Part shown: piece after piece, positions 57,601-64,000 of the stretch
Layout of the letters: every line of letters begins with the position of its first letter
Position numbering within the stretch: position 1 is the stretch's first letter
Assembly (NCBI RefSeq): GCF_006345805.1
Contig: NC_043006.1
Coordinates: 67,766,001 to 67,830,000 of the forward strand
Reading direction: 5' to 3'
From: Octopus sinensis
Taxonomy: Eukaryota
DNA length: 64,000 nt
The notes under the pieces: generated by a model
Told to the model about the DNA's origin: nothing
Databases searched by the model: none
Seen by the model: only the letters and a program-made list of their open reading frames with translations
Program-made: the position numbers and the translations under genes

Positions 57601-58569
57601 TGCTGCCTAGTTTAACACTAACTACATCCTGGTCATGAGTGCCTTTAGCAGAGTTTACTGCTGCATGCTTCAGACAAGGCTCTTGCAAGGGAGTTATTGT
57701 GACCCCATGGCATACTGGCTCACTAATCTCCCTAAATGCCAAAAACTAGAGTTGAACCTGTAAAGCAATTTTCCTTACTATCATTCAAATCACACTTATG
57801 ATTCTTCTACAAAACTCAAATCTCTCAACCTTTATACTCTATCTCTACTGTCCAGGCCGCTGGCTTCACTTTGCTCTGGTGCATATGTAGATACCACTCT
57901 CCCTGCTTCTCATCTCTCACTCTTCTCTCCCACTATATGTGTATATATGAGAGTGTGTGTGTATATATACACTTGTATGTACTTGCATATACATATATTT
58001 ATATACAAAACTACAGCTAAGTAAAGCATCTGATTCTACCTAGAAGCCTAGTTATGGGAGATTAGAACTGCTTGTCAGTATGAGAAGGACCAAATCCACA
58101 TGGCACACCACAGTGCTTAGACCCTTCTGCTCAATTTGCTCAATGCTTTTGTAAAGTCAGATAGATCTACTGGAGACCTATCAGAAATATAGTCAATAAG
58201 TAAATGGCTCATTGAAAACCTATAATCAACAACATTATGCTTCTCAAAATACATAATATAAATAAATAGAACATATTATGACTTACTTAAACACCTGCTG
58301 CCACTGATTGCTTAATGCTTGCAGTTCTTGGTCCAATTCTGAAAATTAAAACACTGGTATTATAGACAAAGAGAGAAATATTTTTCATGTGCATATCTAT
58401 ATTCAATGCTAACATAGGATGATAGGTTTCGAAAATATGTTTACAAGAATTAAAAATAGGCTTTCTGCCTCACTGTGGAATATCACCAATGACTACATCA
58501 GTTTAGAGTGAAACAATAGCTTCACACTTCATTTTTTTAATCTGGTTTGCAACATTCTTTATGTGAATT

Positions 58570-58820
58570 CATGTGTTGAAACAAATTTTGTTGTATCAAG
58601 GGAGGGTCATCATGCCAATATAATTAACACACACACACACACTGGTTCAATTTCACTGATTTATTAAATATCAATTTCTTGCTGTTTTTGTCATAACAAA
58701 AACAAATAAAATTGGTTATTTAGTAAATGAACTGGGTGGTGGGGAGGGGGATTGAACCAGCATGTGTGTTAATTATATTGGTATGGTGACTTGCCGTAGA
58801 CACAACAAAATAGCTTCAAT
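58570..58820. repeat. MITE-like foldback
   Basis: gtcatcatgccaatataattaacac...ctggttcaat pairs with attgaaccag..gtgttaattatattggtatggtgac. Confidence 0.7.
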
Positions 58821-61800
58821 TTAAAAGGTAAATATAGAAAAGCTTCAGTCATAATGTTGAATTTCAACATTATTTTTGTAAACCCTGTATTTCGTCTGTC
58901 TTTACATTCTGAGTTCAAATTTTGCAGAGGTCGACTTTGCTTTCATTCTTTCAGGGTTGATAAATTAAGCACCAGTTGTGTACTGGGGTTGATCTAATTG
59001 ACTGACCCCCCTCCCCAAAAATTTCATGCCTTGTACCTAGAGTAGAAAAGATTATCTTGTAAACCTACTGTTAGCAGTGATACTAAATAATATAAAGTAG
59101 TACAACAGGAGTGATGGAGTCAATTAACTCAGCTCCACCACTGGCAATTATTTTATCAATTCTAGATGAATGAAAAGTAAAGTGGGCTCCAGTAACATTT
59201 GAACTTAGATTATTGAAGCACAAAATTACATTTTTGTTTTCATTGTTTAATTAGAAAGAAAGACAGTGCCTGTGTCCCATGTTCATAGGACCTCTGAGAC
59301 AGAGGAGCAGGGAAGTTATTTTCAAACTAGCTAAAAAACAAGATATCTGGCTCAAATACTTACAACAGAATGGGTCTGCAAAAGGTGTCAATGTTAAACT
59401 GGGTGACATATTAAGTTTATCACCCAAGTAGGCCACAGTAAGATTTGAACTCAAAGCACAAAGAACCAAAACAAATATCACAAAGCATCCTGACCAATCT
59501 TCTTACAGTTCTACCAATCCACTGCACTTGATTGGTACTTTATTTTACCAAATCAGAAAGGGTGTTAAGCAAAGTTAACCTCAGAGTACTAAGGATTAGA
59601 ACAAACACTGTAAAGCATTTTTATCTTAGACTGTTACAACTCTGACCATTCATTGGTCTTCAACATGTACAAATAATGTGAGTGATATAGAGTTATGTGG
59701 ACAATACAGGTAATAAATAGAATATTTTTTTAAGAGGATAAAAACCTTCCATTGTTTGAAAGAGGCCATTCGAAACAGATTCTTTAGGGTCATCTTGTGT
59801 GATGAAAGATCCTTTATCTAGTTTCCTTGTCTTTGTATTGTTAACATCATCTACGATAAAACAAATGACAAATATCCGTATTGTGTGGGGTGGGTGGTGG
59901 GTGTATTTTACAATGAAATATCAACAAAAATCTGGAGAAAACAATATGCCTTGAATTAAGAATATATGAATCATCATCAACATCATGAGAGGTTTGGTTT
60001 TTATTTTCATGTTACAGTGGATCAGATATGTTTGCAATACAATGTTGCCAGTTAACCTCTAAAGTACAAATTAAAAGTGCTTCAACTCATGAGTTTTGCA
60101 ACCCCACCCCGTATCATCTGAAGATCTGTGGATGGCCAGTTTAATAAGGTACTGGACCAAAGCTGTTGTATTCACTTCATTCTACAATGCCTCAGTCACA
60201 TCTAGTTGTCAATAGAAAGAGACACCACCAGAATTACTATGGTATGTTACTAGTGATAAACTACAATGCTAGTTAGAGGGTGACTTACATCTACACCACA
60301 AAACCGAAATTTATCACCAGCACCTTAAAAGCGCACAAAACTTAAGTTCATTATTTCAGATGATATAAAATAACTATCATTTGGGTGGGGGGTTGCATGC
60401 ATATTGAATATTTTTATTTATTTTCTTGCTTGTTGATGAAGTGTATAATGATGGCCTCTAATGTTAGGTGATGTGAAAGAACAAATACTGCAGATAGTAA
60501 AAACAATATCCACAGAAAATGCTTTACATAGTCATGATAAAGACATCGATGATTGGAATTGATAACAATATTGAATGAATCCAAACTTTTTCAGCTTAAG
60601 ACAACATTGTGGCTAATCCCAAAAATCAAGATGCTGTAATTTGTTCCAGGGTAGATGAAGAAATAAAAGAAACATAAAAAATGTGCCTTCATCTTAAACT
60701 CAGTAATCCAAGGATATGATACTTTCCTATTTTGAACAGAATCTAAGTTAAAAAAGCAGATACACTTAAAAATACAATGATCACTACAAAACAGAAGAAA
60801 CAGTGACACAAAGAAGTTTCTGAAGAAAGTATATCTATAGATTAAAGACTCTAAGAGAATTTGAAATAACTTTTTGAATATTTTTAATGTAAAAAAATTG
60901 CTTTTATTTTGAAAATATTTTTAACTTTAAAATGCGTTTTGTGCTTATTTCCTTACTCTCCAATGACTATTTACTAAACATCCATCCATCTGACAGCTGC
61001 AATGTAAGGTTTAAATTTTGGGTTTTACATTTTGAAAATCCCTTTTTTATTCCCCACACCACAAAATAATCACTTGCTATGTATCTGGCAGCTAATAAAG
61101 TGGTATTCATTATATCACTTTATTACTTGTTACTATCTCTATTTCTTATTTACTGTATTCCTTTTATTTAATAAACAGTATTATCCCAGATGCAGCACCC
61201 TTGATCATTGTTCTATCTAGTGAATCAGGACCAACCTGGGATTAAGCAACCCCCAGCTCAGTTCCTGAATCATTGAACCTAAATAAAACAAAAAAAGAAA
61301 AAAAATATGTGAATCTAAAGACCAAGAACTTACCATAGAAATTTCTTGGGATATCATCCATACTACTCAAGCTGTTGGAAGGAGAAACTCCAGACTGGGA
61401 AACTAAAAAGTTATCGGATTCCTTTAAAATATTTTCGAAAGATCAATAAATTAGAAATAAAATTATTAAAACAAAGGAAATAAACACTAATTGTGTAAAC
61501 AAGGAATATTATTTATTTATTGAGGAGTTAGTAAAAAATATTGTTTCCTTTTGATCAGAAAGAAGGTAAATTTATAGAAATGGGGAAGTGGTGTGCAACA
61601 GTCATGCATTTCCTGCGGATATTAAAAGCATAGGTGAGGTAAAATTGCTTTGATTAAAAATCAAAAACATATTGTTGACCATTTACCATAATTCAAATAC
61701 TGATTGGATGGAATGAGACAATTAGGCACTGCTGATTTGAACTCATCACACTAAATGTGATATCACTTTTCAGCACCCCTTATATATTTAAATATACCTA

Positions 61801-64000
61801 CTTGAGCGTGGCCGTTGCCAGTACCACCTGACTGGCCCACGTGCCGGTGGCACGTAAAAGCACCCAATACACTCTCAGAGTGGTTGGCGTTAGGAAGGGC
61901 ATCCAGCTGTAGAAACTCTGCCAGATCAGACTGGAGCCTGGTGCAGCCTTCTGGCTTGCTAGCCCTCATTCAAATCCTCCAACCCATGCTAGCATGGAAA
62001 GTGGACGTTAAATGATGATGATGATGATATATACATATATATAATAATGGAATCACCCGTTGTTAGACAACATATTAGGGTTCAACAATTTCTTACTGAA
62101 CAACTATACAGATGATTTGTTTATAGTGATCAAATGTCTCTGTAGACATAAGCTCATTCCCTCCATCAAATTAACATTACCTGTACAGGTGCAACTGGGT
62201 GCCACCTTTCGGATGTTGAAATGAAGAGCTTTGCTCAAGAACACAACACACCACCTGGTCAGGGAACTGATCTCATGGTCTCACAATCCTGAGTGCAACA
62301 CCCTAACCACTAAGCCATGAGCCTTCACAATATATACACGTGTTTGTGTGTGTGTTGTGTGTATTTATCCGCCCACAATCGCTTCACAACTGATGCTGGT
62401 ACGTTTACATCTCTATATCTTAGTGGTTCGGCAAAAGAGGCAGGTAGAATAAGTATTAGGCTTACAAAGAATAAGTCCTGGGGGCAATTTGCTCAACTAA
62501 AAGTGGTGCTCCAGCATGGCTGCAGTCAAATGACTGAAACAAATAAAAGAAACTAAAATAGAAAATACAATATAAATAAAGTTAAATAAGGCCTTATCTA
62601 ACTTTATTTATATTATATACTGCTCTATAACTTAGAGAATGTTTCTTTTTGGGATTTATGTTTTACCAACTATATATATTGGCTAAACTGGCAAAATGAC
62701 CATTCCGAAATACAACAATATATATATATTCTTTTAGTTTTTTACCTGTTTCAGTCATTTGACTGCAGCCATGCTGGAGCACCACCTTTAGTTGGGAAAA
62801 GCGACCCCAGGACTTATTCTTTGTAAGCCTAGTACTTATTCTGTCTCATTTGTTGAACTGCTAAGTTACAGGGACATAAACACACCAGTATCAGTTGCCA
62901 TGTGATGATGTGGGAACAAACACAAACGCACATACATATATATACAACGGGCTTCTTTCAATTTCCATCTACCAAATCCACTCACAAAGCTTTGGTCGGC
63001 CCAAGGCTATAGTAGAAGACACTTGCCCAAGATGCCATGCAGTGGGACTGAACCCAGAACCATGTGGTTAATAAGCAAGCTACCACACACACACACACAC
63101 ACACAAATATAAGTGAACATAAATAGTGTTTACTTATATTATGGTGCTTGTGAACACTTAAATGCAAAGAGTCTTTCAATGAGAAATAATTGTCTTGGAA
63201 AAGATATTCTTATAGTTTGTGTAAAAACATACTGAATGATATCAGCTGACTCTAAGAGAAATGTTTCTGTGTAGTTTATCAGATATAAACACCAATTCAG
63301 TGATTCATGGTCCAGCAAGAACTGCCATTTTCAAATGTAAATACCGAAAAATACATTTGCTGGCATGTACTGAGCTTTGTCAAGCTGAAATCGAAACACA
63401 CTAAGCAGTGAGGATAAAAATAAGTTGTGTACATTAATATTTAAAATGCTCATATACATTCAAATGTTGAAAGACCGCAGTAGTGTTTTAGAGAAAATAT
63501 TTTCCCTGTAATATGCGTGTAAAAATACAATGGAACTAGCTCGGTAACATATTCACTTGATATATACCTAGCATGGGAAAAAAATGCAAAACTTTGTGGG
63601 GTATTATTACATTTTAACCCATCCAGCATACACCTACATAGCAAATATTTGTATAAAGCAAAAAAAAAAAATGACAAACGGACAGAAAGGATATAAAAGA
63701 TAATAAAAAGGAAGAAGACAGAAAAAAGAATAAATAAATAAAAACAATTTCTTTTCAATCATCATCATCATTTAACGTCCGTTTTCCACGCTAGCACTGG
63801 TTGGACAGTTCGACTGGGGTCTGGGAAGCCAGGAGGCTGCACCAGGCTCCAGTCTGATCTGGCAATGTTTCTACAGCTGGATGCCCTTCCTAATGCCAAC
63901 CACTCCGTGAGTGTAGTGGGTGTTTTTTACGTACCACCGGCACAGGTGCCAGGGGAGGCTGACAATGGCCACAATTGGTTAGTGCTTTTTACGTGCCACC

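Overview
AT-rich, microsatellite- and SINE-dense animal genomic DNA. The repeat landscape suggests a cephalopod (Octopus-like); this is inference. One protein-coding gene is supported: the 3' part of a + strand ANKRD28/ANKRD44/ANKRD52-family gene (PP6 regulatory ankyrin-repeat subunit). I reconstructed it by hand as 15 GT-AG, phase-consistent exons from 13145 to 48629, giving 489 aa ending ...SSDSEFY*. Its 5' exons lie upstream of the window. The 17-kb last intron holds a candidate 12-nt microexon and several candidate alternative phase-1 exons. The most striking non-genic signal is a set of sequence-unrelated minimal type I hammerhead-ribozyme motifs (CUGANGA...GAAA, palindromic stem III). 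Most sit in or beside foldback (inverted-repeat) elements resembling Penelope-like or retrozyme elements. One is a palindromic element pairing a tRNA-derived Pol III head with a hammerhead (29331-29826). The rest is several tRNA-derived SINE families, RTE and CR1-type LINE scraps, Tc1/mariner, piggyBac-like, Chapaev and Helentron-type remnants, and mini/microsatellites. Nearly all ORFs in the supplied track are spurious. Repeat boundaries are approximate (read by eye).
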